Below, one piece after another: positions 50,540 to 60,053 of a stretch of DNA of 64,000 nucleotides. The stretch lies in NCBI GenBank assembly GCA_015232575.1, contig JADFZL010000003.1, positions 64,001 to 128,000 of the forward strand, read 5' to 3'. The DNA comes from Candidatus Rifleibacteriota bacterium (lineage in GTDB: Bacteria; Muiribacteriota; Ozemobacteria; Ozemobacterales; Ozemobacteraceae). A program made the translations under genes and the position numbers. Numbering within the stretch: the first letter of the stretch is position 1; every line of letters starts with the position of its first letter. Under the pieces are notes generated by a model. That model searched no databases, was not told the DNA's origin, and saw only the letters and a list, made by a program, of their open reading frames with translations.

Positions 50540-51150
50540 CCTCTGAGATAGCTGTTCCAAATGTTAATCTTGAAGTGTCTTTTGCAAAAGGGCACATCCC
50601 GGAATTACTTCGAAAGCTTGAAATTTTTACCGGTATACCTCTTTCTCTGAGATCAAATTCCGGAGAAGTAGTTTGTAAAACTGACTATTTCTCCGGTCCA
50701 TGCTCATTAATCAGAGGCACTGATGTTGGGCGCGAACGTTGCAGAAAAACATATCATAATATCGAAGAGAAACTTTTTCGACGGAAAGTGCCTTATATTA
50801 ATGTTTGTTATGCAGGCTTTCTGATTTTTGCTGTTCCTCTCGAACTTCGTGGTGAAATGATTGGAACATTGCTTGGTTCACAGATTCTTCCCCAGACTTA
50901 TTCAGGAAAATCTGAAATATCTGGTGCATTTGGAAATCTCCTTGAATCAATTGGAATTAAAGATAACAACTATTTTTATGAAAGCATTATGAAAGTCAAA
51001 ATTCTTGAACCAGATTTTCAAAGAATTAGTTTTATGCAGTTGCTCAATAAGATCGGAGAAAACTTTGTTGAAATGGCATTCAGCGAAAAAACCTGGCCAG
51101 TGTTTTATAAAGAAATCAAAGATGACCTGAAGTCATTTGGAAACGTCTGA
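50536..51150 (+). CDS. stand-alone PocR-like sensory domain protein
   Basis: Cys-containing PocR-like pattern 'CKTDYFSGPCSLIR...CRKTY...CYAGFLIFAVPLELRGEMIGTLLGSQ'; ATGA overlap with the preceding gene. Confidence 0.4.
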   Translation: MTSEIAVPNVNLEVSFAKGHIPELLRKLEIFTGIPLSLRSNSGEVVCKTDYFSGPCSLIRGTDVGRERCRKTYHNIEEKLFRRKVPYINVCYAGFLIFAVPLELRGEMIGTLLGSQILPQTYSGKSEISGAFGNLLESIGIKDNNYFYESIMKVKILEPDFQRISFMQLLNKIGENFVEMAFSEKTWPVFYKEIKDDLKSFGNV

Positions 51151-51266
51151 CAATGCTAAACTCTTATTGAACCTTATTGATGTCCAGAAAAATATAAAAA
51201 TATAGATCTAAAAAATACTAATATGAGAATCTTTAAAGTAATTAAAATGATGAGGAATTGATTACT

Positions 51267-52499
51267 ATGGAAAAATTATTTAAAAACGCCAGGATTCTAT
51301 CTCCTGACTTTTCCATTATTGAGGGGAGTATTTTTGTAACCGGGGAAAAAATTTCAGCCATTTATAAAAAAGGTGAAGAACCATCAACAAAAATTGAACA
51401 TGTTGTTGACCTTGATGGCAAAATCGCTTTTCCTGCATTGATTAACTCACATGATCACCTGTATGACACCTACTGGCCGCCCTTCGCTGATTTAAAATTC
51501 AATAACTGGTATGACTGGGAGCAGGCTTATCAGGATACAGAAAACTTTAAACTCAAACAGAAACTTTCGGCAGCAGACATGTACGCGCTTGGAATGTTCA
51601 AAAATGTTTTCAATGCGACCTGCCTGGTTGTTGATCATTTTCCTTCTGATATCGCTGCAACTTTTTACAACAAATCTCTCATTTCATTGCTGAACCACTT
51701 CTTTCTCGCCCATTCAGCTTCTACAAAAGCCCCTGAATGGGGAGCTGGTTTAAAGGAAGAATTCAGAAGATCACGTGGAGTGCTTCCATTTATACTGCAC
51801 GTTGAAGAGGGTTTTGATTCGGAAGTTTCTCAGGAAGTCGAGACTCTGCACCGAGTCGGTGTATTAGCAGATAACACCGTACTTGTTAATGGTGTAGGAC
51901 TTTCATCTTCTGACCTGGAGATGATTGCTTCAAAAAACGCTTCGGTTGTATGGTGTCCTGTTTCGAACACGACAGTTTTTGGAAAAGATACACCAGTTGA
52001 AAAGATTCTGGACATGGGCATCAGATGCTCCATAGGCACAGATTGTACTTTAAAAGGTTCTGGTGGATTGTTTGACGATATTCGCCGGGCGCGTGAAGTT
52101 TTGTCTTCCATGAATCTGAAAACTAACCCCGATCAGGCAGTTATTCAGATGGTAACATCTTCTCCAGCAGATATTTTTAAAATAAAATCAGAGCGCGGAG
52201 TTCTTTCCGAAGGAAAATATGCTGACCTGCTGATTTTTGAAGATACAGATTCAAATCCTTTTGAAAGTTTTTTCAATCTTTCACCTTCGAAAATATCTCT
52301 CTTCCTTCATAAGGGAAGCCTCGTATACGGAAACGAGGATTACCGATCGCTATGCCTGCTTGACTTTGAGTACTACTCAGAAATCTCTGTTGAAGGAAGG
52401 CCTAAAATCATCTGGGGTCACCCAATGCAACTTCTTTCCAGAATAAATCATAAACTTGGACAAGAAGTTTCTTTCCCATTTTTCCCCGTTTCAGATTAA
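51267..52499 (+). CDS. amidohydrolase-family metal-dependent hydrolase
   Basis: 'ALINSHDHLYDT' HxH metal-binding start of the TIM-barrel amidohydrolase fold; ATG 51267 after GAGGAA. Confidence 0.7.
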   Translation: MEKLFKNARILSPDFSIIEGSIFVTGEKISAIYKKGEEPSTKIEHVVDLDGKIAFPALINSHDHLYDTYWPPFADLKFNNWYDWEQAYQDTENFKLKQKLSAADMYALGMFKNVFNATCLVVDHFPSDIAATFYNKSLISLLNHFFLAHSASTKAPEWGAGLKEEFRRSRGVLPFILHVEEGFDSEVSQEVETLHRVGVLADNTVLVNGVGLSSSDLEMIASKNASVVWCPVSNTTVFGKDTPVEKILDMGIRCSIGTDCTLKGSGGLFDDIRRAREVLSSMNLKTNPDQAVIQMVTSSPADIFKIKSERGVLSEGKYADLLIFEDTDSNPFESFFNLSPSKISLFLHKGSLVYGNEDYRSLCLLDFEYYSEISVEGRPKIIWGHPMQLLSRINHKLGQEVSFPFFPVSD

Positions 52500-52728
52500 A
52501 CCTAAATTTTTCATTAAATCTCAATTTTAAACAGCAAATTGAGATTTAATGAAAAATAGTGAAAGCTGCTTTTTCATAAACAGAAATAGGATATTTTCAG
52601 CAACAGACGTAATGAAAAAGTAGAAGCGGATTCCAGACATTTAAGATAAATGCGGCAAGATGCCGAGTATACTGATGTACCTCGAATTATTCAGAAGATA
52701 CTTGTTCGACAAAATGGAGAAAATTAAA

Positions 52729-55272
52729 ATGGCAATCAGTAGAATTAAAAATTATGATTGGAAACCGCTCATTGTAGAAAAACTTGACAATGGAATTACT
52801 GTTATTGTCAAAGAAGACCATGTGTATCCGCTTGCGGTTTCAGATGTCTGGTTTCGTGTTGGCAGTCGCAACGAGGACGAAAAGAACAATGGTATTGCAC
52901 ATTTTCTTGAACATATTCTTTTTAAAGGTACCACATCTCGCGGACCCGGACAAATAGCCAGAGAAATTGAATGTTTTGGCGGGCGCACCAATGCTGGAAC
53001 TTCAAACGATTTCACTCATTATTATATTTCCTGCGAAAGCAGACACATTGAAAAGGCAATTGAAATTCATGCTGATGTATTTAAGAATTCTCTCCTCGAC
53101 CAGAAAGCAATTGATGAAGAAAGAACTGTCATTCTTGAAGAAATAAAACGCTCAGATGATAATCCCAGTAGTAGAATCTTTGAAACTCTCTTTTCTTCAG
53201 CGTTTCCGGGTCATCCATATTCAAGACGGACTCTTGGTACAAGGGTGAATATTGATTCCGGAATTAAACGGGACGATATCGTTTCTTTTTTTCAAAAATG
53301 GTACACCCCGTCGAATATGTATATAATTGTTTCGGGCGATGTTGACAGTAAAAGAATCATTGAATATCTACGGGGCTTATACAGCGATTTCAACAGACAG
53401 GGTTTTTTATTGCCAGATCAAAAATTTTCAGGTTGTTTTACTCCTGAAATCATAAGAAATCGGATGGATGTCAACAAAGATTACATGCTGATGGCTTTTC
53501 CAACAGTTCCTGCTTCAAATTGGCAGGAAAGTCTGATGCTTGATCTCTTCGGAGTCATAATGGGGCAGGGGCGTTCAAGCAGGTTATCAATGGAACTCAG
53601 GGAACGCAGGAATATAGTAACAAGCGTCGGAGCCGGACAAATTTCAATGCTGGATGCCGGTTTATTTCTTGTGAAAACAGAGTTTGACTCTGCAAATGAG
53701 AAAGCAGTCTCAGAATGTATTAACAAACAGTTGTCCACCATTTTAAATGATGGAGTAAACATTGATGAATTAAATAAAGCAAAAGAATATCTTGCGGGAA
53801 TTTACTGGAAATCAATTGAAACTTGTGAAGGAAAAGCCGAAACACTTGGTTCTGCCTGCGTGAAGAACTTTCTTGAAAGAGAATTTGATTACCTTGAAAG
53901 AATCTGGGCAGTATCAGCAGAATCTGTTCTTGAAGTTGTACGTAAATACATTAACACCGAAAAATCTCTGATAAGTCTTGTCAGTCCGGCTTCTTCCATG
54001 AAAACTTCCAGTTTGAAGGAAAATGTCGGGAAATATGATTTTTCAAATGGTACAAGAATTGTACATCGTCAGGTTAAAGGTACTGGGCTGGTTGGAATTT
54101 GTATTTCTGTCGATGCTGGATCACGCAATGAAGCTCCTGGTTTTTCAGGATTAGCTAATTATACAGCAGAAATGCTTGTTAAAGGAACTAAGAATAGAGA
54201 TGGTCAGAAAATACTCTGGGAACTGGAAAATCTTGGCGCAGGATTTTCACCTGTTGTAGAACCAGACCTTGTAAAATTTATCTGTACAGTTCCTGAAAGT
54301 TCGTTTTCAGACACATTTGAATTGTTTTTTGATATTATTCAAAATCCTTCATTTTCAGATGAATGTTTCGGGAAAGAGAAGATTAAAATTCTAACCCAGC
54401 TGAAGTCCGTTGCAGACAATTCATTTGAAAACACCTGGAGAATTCTCAATAAAGCGCTTTATGGGGTTCATCCGTATTCTCACTATCAGCTTGGAGAGTC
54501 ATCAGATGTTGAAAATATCAACGTCGAAAGCCTCAAGAATTTTCATCGGAGCTACTTCACTCCTTCAAGCACTGTAATTGGTTTAACTGGAGACATTTCT
54601 TCTTCCGCAGCAATTGATATTACAGACAAATTCTTTGGACTGCTTAAAAGAAGCCCTCGGTTATCAAAAGATTCTATATGTAAAGTTCCCCAGGATTTTC
54701 CAGTTCGTGAAAAATTTGAAAGATATTACGACAGAAAAGACAGGGGGCAGACTGTTCTTGCAATTGGCTGGCATGGGGCAAGGTTTTCAGACCCTGATTA
54801 CTGGCAATTAAAGGTTCTCAGCACAATTCTAGGTGCAGGAATGTCATCAAGGCTCTTTGATGTTGTCAGAAACAAAAAGGGACTGGCATATTCCATTTCC
54901 TGTGTTTTTCCAACTCGAATAGACAAAGGAATATTTGCAATAATAGCTGGCACTGATCCGAGGACCGAAAATCAGGTCGTAGAAGCTGCAATGAATGAAA
55001 TTAAGTTTATTCAAAATGGCGAAATCTCAGATGAAGAAATTGAACGTGCAAAGAACTTTATCAATGGTCAGTTTCTTCTTTCACATGGAAGCACTTCTGG
55101 TCTGGCCCAATACCTTGCCTGGTTTGAACTTATCGGCGCCGGATTCGAATTCGACAGAAATTTTTCCGAAAATATCCGCAAAGTTACTAAAACTCAAATT
55201 CAGGAAGCCGCAGCAAAATACCTGAATCCCCAAAGAGCAGCCTTAGCAGTTACAGGACCTGCATTGCCCTAA
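52729..55272 (+). CDS. tandem-domain M16 (pitrilysin/insulinase-like) zinc peptidase
   Basis: Inverted zincin motif 'HFLEHILFKGT' (HxxEH) in the first half; second M16-like half lacks it; probable start ATG 52729 (the track ORF starts at 52660). Confidence 0.8.
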   Translation: MAISRIKNYDWKPLIVEKLDNGITVIVKEDHVYPLAVSDVWFRVGSRNEDEKNNGIAHFLEHILFKGTTSRGPGQIAREIECFGGRTNAGTSNDFTHYYISCESRHIEKAIEIHADVFKNSLLDQKAIDEERTVILEEIKRSDDNPSSRIFETLFSSAFPGHPYSRRTLGTRVNIDSGIKRDDIVSFFQKWYTPSNMYIIVSGDVDSKRIIEYLRGLYSDFNRQGFLLPDQKFSGCFTPEIIRNRMDVNKDYMLMAFPTVPASNWQESLMLDLFGVIMGQGRSSRLSMELRERRNIVTSVGAGQISMLDAGLFLVKTEFDSANEKAVSECINKQLSTILNDGVNIDELNKAKEYLAGIYWKSIETCEGKAETLGSACVKNFLEREFDYLERIWAVSAESVLEVVRKYINTEKSLISLVSPASSMKTSSLKENVGKYDFSNGTRIVHRQVKGTGLVGICISVDAGSRNEAPGFSGLANYTAEMLVKGTKNRDGQKILWELENLGAGFSPVVEPDLVKFICTVPESSFSDTFELFFDIIQNPSFSDECFGKEKIKILTQLKSVADNSFENTWRILNKALYGVHPYSHYQLGESSDVENINVESLKNFHRSYFTPSSTVIGLTGDISSSAAIDITDKFFGLLKRSPRLSKDSICKVPQDFPVREKFERYYDRKDRGQTVLAIGWHGARFSDPDYWQLKVLSTILGAGMSSRLFDVVRNKKGLAYSISCVFPTRIDKGIFAIIAGTDPRTENQVVEAAMNEIKFIQNGEISDEEIERAKNFINGQFLLSHGSTSGLAQYLAWFELIGAGFEFDRNFSENIRKVTKTQIQEAAAKYLNPQRAALAVTGPALP

Positions 55273-55287
55273 TGCATTGCCCTAATT
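55262..55287 (+). repeat. 13-bp perfect tandem duplication (GCATTGCCCTAAT x2) spanning the M16 stop codon
   Basis: Seen directly: the last codons plus stop are repeated immediately 3'. Confidence 0.8.
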
Positions 55288-55323
55288 TCATAAAATATTC
55301 TATCTAATAATCTATAAAAAGAG

Positions 55324-55360
55324 AAACCCTCACCATTGAAGAAATCAATGGTGAGGGTTT
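55324..55360 (+). terminator. rho-independent terminator (AAACCCTCACCATTG-AAGAAAT-CAATGGTGAGGGTTT)
   Basis: Perfect 15-bp stem, then T-rich. Confidence 0.8.
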
Positions 55361-55407
55361 TCTGTCCAATGATTATTGAGTAGATAAATCATCTAATCAC
55401 AAATTTG

Positions 55408-55450
55408 AATCTTGAAAATCTGCGCAATCTGCGTAATCTGCGGACAAAAA
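55408..55450 (-). repeat. copy E of the 9-bp-unit repeat family (reverse complement: GCAGATTAC GCAGATTGC GCAGATTTT)
   Basis: Aligns to 45120-45160; lies between two terminator hairpins. Confidence 0.65.
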
Positions 55451-55461
55451 TCTTTTCTTTC

Positions 55462-55495
55462 AAAACAAAAAGGGGGGCATTTGCCCCCTTTTTAT
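55462..55495. terminator. bidirectional terminator hairpin (A5-GGGGGC-ATTT-GCCCCC-T5) downstream of rpmA
   Basis: GC-rich 6-bp stem flanked by A-run and T-run. Confidence 0.65.
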
Positions 55496-55517
55496 AGATA
55501 AAACAAACAGCGTATTT

Positions 55518-55781
55518 TTACTGTGCTACCGTAATAGGAACAATATCAACCCATCTGCGGTTTCTGCGCTGATCAAACTTCACCATTCCGGCTGCAAGTG
55601 CGAAAAGAGTATCATCTTTTCCAATTCCGACATTTCTTCCCGGATTGATAGGTGTTCCTCTTTGTCTTACGAGGACATTTCCAGCTTTAACTACCTGACC
55701 ATCAAACCTTTTAACGCCAAGGTGCTTGGGATTACTGTCCCGACCATTAACTGCTGAACCTGCACTCTTTTTTGATGCCAT
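55518..55781 (-). CDS. rpmA: 50S ribosomal protein L27
   Basis: '[26 protein letters not shown]...VRQRGT' aligns to L27 from residue 1. Confidence 0.95.
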   Translation of the reverse strand: MASKKSAGSAVNGRDSNPKHLGVKRFDGQVVKAGNVLVRQRGTPINPGRNVGIGKDDTLFALAAGMVKFDQRRNRRWVDIVPITVAQ

Positions 55782-55801
55782 ATCAGACCCCTTTCTCCAA
55801 A

Positions 55802-56116
55802 TTACTTTTCAAGTGAAAGAAAACCGGGATACTCACAGGCAAGTCTTTCAAAACCATACCTGAAGACATCTGAGATCAATTTTAAATGTTTCGATTCCCT
55901 GTTTTCGACTAATACGTTAACGTTACACTCACCGCCACTGATATGACCGGTGATCTTGGCATGAAGCTCCTTTTCCAGACCTCCGAGAAAAGTCAGAACA
56001 AGGGACGATACACCTGCACATACAGGGTCGCTTCCTTTTTCTGAATGTCCCGAATGACCCTCGACAATAAATCTTAAAGAATTATCCGAGGGGTCAGGAA
56101 AACAAACTCTGACCAA
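55802..56116 (-). CDS. prp: ribosomal-processing cysteine protease Prp (DUF464) homologue
   Basis: '[21 protein letters not shown]' matches the Prp catalytic His...Cys region; canonical position between rplU and rpmA. Confidence 0.85.
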   Translation of the reverse strand: MVRVCFPDPSDNSLRFIVEGHSGHSEKGSDPVCAGVSSLVLTFLGGLEKELHAKITGHISGGECNVNVLVENRESKHLKLISDVFRYGFERLACEYPGFLSLEK

Positions 56117-56428
56117 TTAAGCTTTGATCTCTTCGATCTGGATAGCAGTAAAGTCCTGCCTGTGACCATATTTCCGACGGTAATTGGTCTTGTTTTTGTA
56201 TTTCATACCAACAAGTTTTGCACCTCTACCGTGTGATACGACCCTGGCTTTGACATCTACACCTGAAAGGTATGGCTGTCCGATTTGAACTTTCTGTCCA
56301 TCATTAAGAAGGAGAACCTTCTCAACGCTGAAAAGATCATTTGCTTCGCGTTCCATTTTCTCACAACGAATTTTTGAACCTTTTTCCACGGAAAACTGTT
56401 TTCCGCATACTTCTATGATTGCGTACAT
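56117..56428 (-). CDS. rplU: 50S ribosomal protein L21
   Basis: 'MYAIIEVCGKQFSVEKG' canonical L21 N-terminus. Confidence 0.95.
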   Translation of the reverse strand: MYAIIEVCGKQFSVEKGSKIRCEKMEREANDLFSVEKVLLLNDGQKVQIGQPYLSGVDVKARVVSHGRGAKLVGMKYKNKTNYRRKYGHRQDFTAIQIEEIKA

Positions 56429-56687
56429 TGTACTTACCCCCTGAATATTAACCGTTAGAAAGTCTAATCTATCACAAGAATCTTATTATGTCAAGGTTTA
56501 TGAGTAAATATTTCGTTTTTTTTCGGCAACTTCACAACTATTTTCAATAGGATAGTCCATTGAAAAGCCCAATTAGAGGCTTATTATAAGTTGAATTTAA
56601 TTTTTGTAAAATATTAATAATATAGGATTTAGAATCGAAGGTTTGTGATATAATTATCTCCTGTTGTTATAAAAAAATAGTGGGCAA

Positions 56688-57623
56688 ATGGAGCGAATAT
56701 TCATGCCTGAAAAACATGCACGGGTTGGGGCAGTAATGCTTACCTGGAATCAACGGGAAATGACGCTTGCCGGACTTGAATCACTTTCAAAACTTCATTC
56801 TCCTGTACCTGAAATTCTACTGGTCGATAATGGCAGCTTTGATGGAACAATTGATGCAGTAAAAGAACGTTTTCCACAGGTGAAAATTCTGGGGTTGCCT
56901 GAAAATATAGGATTCTGCGCTGCAAACAATCGTGGTGCAGATCTTTTGCTGAAAAATCCGGAAATTGAATATATTATCTTTCTGAATAATGATATCGAAA
57001 TAGCTCCAAATGCAATAAATCTCCTGACACGTTTTATGGATTCCCGTCCGGAAGCCGCTGTATGCGGGCCTCTGATATACTATCATGAACCTTCTGACAT
57101 AATTTGGGCAGCAGGTGGAAAGATTTACTCAGATCTAATGTGGTTTCCTCCGAATTTGCGAGGGAAGAAGAATCCGGGACTGAGAAAGCCACGACAGGTT
57201 GATTATATTCATGGCTGTTCAATCATGCTAAGGCGCTCTGCAATCCAGGAACACGGTCTTTTTGATGAAAGGCTCTTTATTTACCACGATGAAATTGATT
57301 TATGCCATCGTTTAAAATTGGCCGGGAATGAAATATGGCTGATTCCTGAAAGTGTATTGTTCCACAAGGTATCTCTTGCCGTCGGCCAGCATAGTCCGAT
57401 GATGATATATTACACAGCTCGGAATAAAATTCTTTTCTGGGCAAAACATGGAAAAATTTCAGACCTTCCGAAATTCTATGCTTTTCATCTTCTAAAATTG
57501 ATCAGAATATTTTCTAAAGTCCGTAATATCTGGGCTTATCCAGCTCTCTTCAAAGCACTGTTTGATGCCGTAACATCACGATTTGGCAAAGGGCACCTTG
57601 AAAATCGTCCAAAAACAAAATAA
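56688..57623 (+). CDS. family-2 glycosyltransferase
   Basis: 'AVMLTWNQREMT...LLVDNGSFDGT' GT2 DxD-type N-terminal domain. Confidence 0.8.
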   Translation: MERIFMPEKHARVGAVMLTWNQREMTLAGLESLSKLHSPVPEILLVDNGSFDGTIDAVKERFPQVKILGLPENIGFCAANNRGADLLLKNPEIEYIIFLNNDIEIAPNAINLLTRFMDSRPEAAVCGPLIYYHEPSDIIWAAGGKIYSDLMWFPPNLRGKKNPGLRKPRQVDYIHGCSIMLRRSAIQEHGLFDERLFIYHDEIDLCHRLKLAGNEIWLIPESVLFHKVSLAVGQHSPMMIYYTARNKILFWAKHGKISDLPKFYAFHLLKLIRIFSKVRNIWAYPALFKALFDAVTSRFGKGHLENRPKTK

Positions 57624-58606
57624 TGATATTTGATATTGACCTCGATAAATTTAAAAGAAGCCTCGGATTACGGGAATTATTTCTTAAAACTATTTTGCCG
57701 TTGAAATATCCGATAATTCTTAATATTGAACCAACTAATCGATGCAATCTCTCTTGTACATTCTGTCCAAGAAAAATCAGTAAAAGGAAACTTGCAGATA
57801 TTCAATGGATTGATTTCGAGAAAATAGCTCAGGAAGCAGCAGACAATGGACCTATCTACAAAATATTTCTTCAGAAAGATGGCGAACCATTGCTTCATCC
57901 GAAAATAGTTGAGATGGTTCAATGTCTTAAATCTCTTAATTCCGCGCGCAATGTTACTATAATTTCGAATGGTACACTTCTCAATGGCGATCTTTTCACA
58001 TCTCTGGCAAAAGCCGGATTGAATGACATCATCATCAGTGTTGATGCGGTTGATGCCAGGTCCTATTCAGAATTAAAAGGCAGAGATTGTTACCATACAG
58101 TAAAAAAGAATCTTGAAGAGGCTGCCAGAATAAAGAATATTTCAGGCTTTAAAGGTCCGCGTATAAAAGCCAGAATGGTTGAGAGAAAAGGTCATGAAAT
58201 TGAAAAAGAAGTTTTTTCTCAAATCTGGTCAGGTATTGCTGATTCGGTTGATATCACCCCTTTCCACACCTGGATGAATTCAGTTGAAGATCAACGGACC
58301 TATACTTCCAGTATTGAAAGGTATCCCTGTTCGCTTTTATGGTACACCGGAATAATTAATGCAGATTTGTCAGTTTCTCCCTGTTGTATTGATTATAACT
58401 GTGCAGGAGTAATTGGAAGCCTTGAACATAGTAATTTCTATTCAGTCTGGAACGGGCGTGAATTCAATAATCTGAGAAGAAACCATTTGTTTTCAGAATA
58501 TTCGAATACAAGGATTTGTGGTTCCTGCCAATATTGGCTAATAAAAGAAAATCTCGGGAAATGGTTTAGAAGAAAATACAGAATTCAGAAGGCATCAGGA
58601 AGGTAA
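57623..58606 (+). CDS. radical SAM protein with C-terminal SPASM/twitch cysteine-rich domain
   Basis: 'EPTNRCNLSCTFCP' CxxxCxxC; C-terminal Cys cluster 'CSLLWY...PCCIDYNCAG...CGSCQYW'; ATGA overlap with the GT2 gene. Confidence 0.8.
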   Translation: MIFDIDLDKFKRSLGLRELFLKTILPLKYPIILNIEPTNRCNLSCTFCPRKISKRKLADIQWIDFEKIAQEAADNGPIYKIFLQKDGEPLLHPKIVEMVQCLKSLNSARNVTIISNGTLLNGDLFTSLAKAGLNDIIISVDAVDARSYSELKGRDCYHTVKKNLEEAARIKNISGFKGPRIKARMVERKGHEIEKEVFSQIWSGIADSVDITPFHTWMNSVEDQRTYTSSIERYPCSLLWYTGIINADLSVSPCCIDYNCAGVIGSLEHSNFYSVWNGREFNNLRRNHLFSEYSNTRICGSCQYWLIKENLGKWFRRKYRIQKASGR

Positions 58607-58610
58607 ATAC

Positions 58611-60053
58611 ATGAATACTCCCCGAATAGCTTTTGTCAACCCGCCCTTTCTTCCAAGGTATTCAAGAGGGCAGCGATCCCCAGCCGTGACCAGAAGTGGC
58701 ACATTGTATTATCCAATGTGGCTTGCCTATTCTGCAGCTCACGCCCAGAGACTCGGTTGTGATTACACTTTGATTGATTCGCCAGCATCTTCTTTGTCTT
58801 TTGAGGAAACTATTAAAAAAATTCGGGAATTCGCACCTGATTTAACAATTATTGAAGCAGCGACACCAAGTGTCCTTTCAGACCTGAATTTTGCTTTACG
58901 CATTAAGAATGAGAGAATTTCACCGTATGTTGTTGCAGCCGGAACTCATGTCTCAGCATTGCCCGAAGAAGCTTTTCAGTTTGCTCCCGAGCTTGATGCT
59001 GTCATAGTAGGTGAATACGAGATTCCTCTGGAAGAAATTGTTAATGCACTTCGGAAAGGTTCTGATTTTGAAAATCTTGAAGGTGTTTCAACAAAAAAAC
59101 GTCCGGTTATTACGCGCAGTCGATATTTCGAAAACTTAGATGAACGCCCCTTTGTTTCGGAAATTTACAAAAAATTTCTTCCAATTGATGAATATTTTAA
59201 TCCAAATGCACATCATCCGATGGTTGCAATCATCACCGGACGAGGTTGTCCGCACTTCTGCTCTTTTTGTGTTTTTCCACAGACGCTGACCGGAAGAAGA
59301 TATCGAAAGCGCTCTGTTTCTTCTGTAATTTCCGAATTCTGTTGGATTTCCGAAAATCTTCCACAGGTAAAAGGGATATTTATCGAAGATGATACCTTTA
59401 CTGCTGATAGAAATCGTGTTGAAGATTTCTGCCGTGAACTTGCCAGGATCAATCTTCCAGTTACATGGTCAGCGAATGCAAGAGCGGATGTTGAATCAGA
59501 GACAATTCAACTTATGAAAAAATCGAATCTTCGTGCTTTATGTGTCGGCTTTGAAAGCGGAAATCAGGAAATCCTTGAAAAAATCGGGAAGGGAATTTCC
59601 CTTGAACGCATGAGAAAATTTGCCGAAGATTCGCGCAGCGCTGGAATTCACGTTCATGGCTGCTTTATAGCCGGGTTGCCTGGTGAAACACGCTTAACTC
59701 TTCATAAGACTCTGCAATTTGCCCTTTCACTTCCGCTTGACACTGCACAATTTTATCCGCTTATGGTTTACCCAGGTACTAGAGCTTATGATTATGCAAA
59801 ACAGAATGATCTGATTGCAGTTAAAACCTACCGTGAATGGCTTTCACCCGAGGGACTTCACCGATGTGTTGTTAAGACAGATGATTTCTCTCCTGAACAA
59901 CTTGTTCGTTTCTGTAATTTTGCCAGACGAAGGTTTTATTTGAGAAAGTCATATCTTTTTGAAATGCTCAAAAGAGTTATAACAAAGCCAGATGAGCGTC
60001 ACAGGGCAATTCTTTCTGCCAGAACATTTCTGAAACACCTGTTGAAAGACTGA
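58611..60053 (+). CDS. B12-binding-domain radical SAM protein, HpnJ-like
   Basis: N-terminus 'AFVNPPFLPRYSRGQRSP...YYPMWLAYSAA' resembles the HpnJ family start; 'GRGCPHFCSFCVFP' radical-SAM motif. Confidence 0.75.
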   Translation: MNTPRIAFVNPPFLPRYSRGQRSPAVTRSGTLYYPMWLAYSAAHAQRLGCDYTLIDSPASSLSFEETIKKIREFAPDLTIIEAATPSVLSDLNFALRIKNERISPYVVAAGTHVSALPEEAFQFAPELDAVIVGEYEIPLEEIVNALRKGSDFENLEGVSTKKRPVITRSRYFENLDERPFVSEIYKKFLPIDEYFNPNAHHPMVAIITGRGCPHFCSFCVFPQTLTGRRYRKRSVSSVISEFCWISENLPQVKGIFIEDDTFTADRNRVEDFCRELARINLPVTWSANARADVESETIQLMKKSNLRALCVGFESGNQEILEKIGKGISLERMRKFAEDSRSAGIHVHGCFIAGLPGETRLTLHKTLQFALSLPLDTAQFYPLMVYPGTRAYDYAKQNDLIAVKTYREWLSPEGLHRCVVKTDDFSPEQLVRFCNFARRRFYLRKSYLFEMLKRVITKPDERHRAILSARTFLKHLLKD

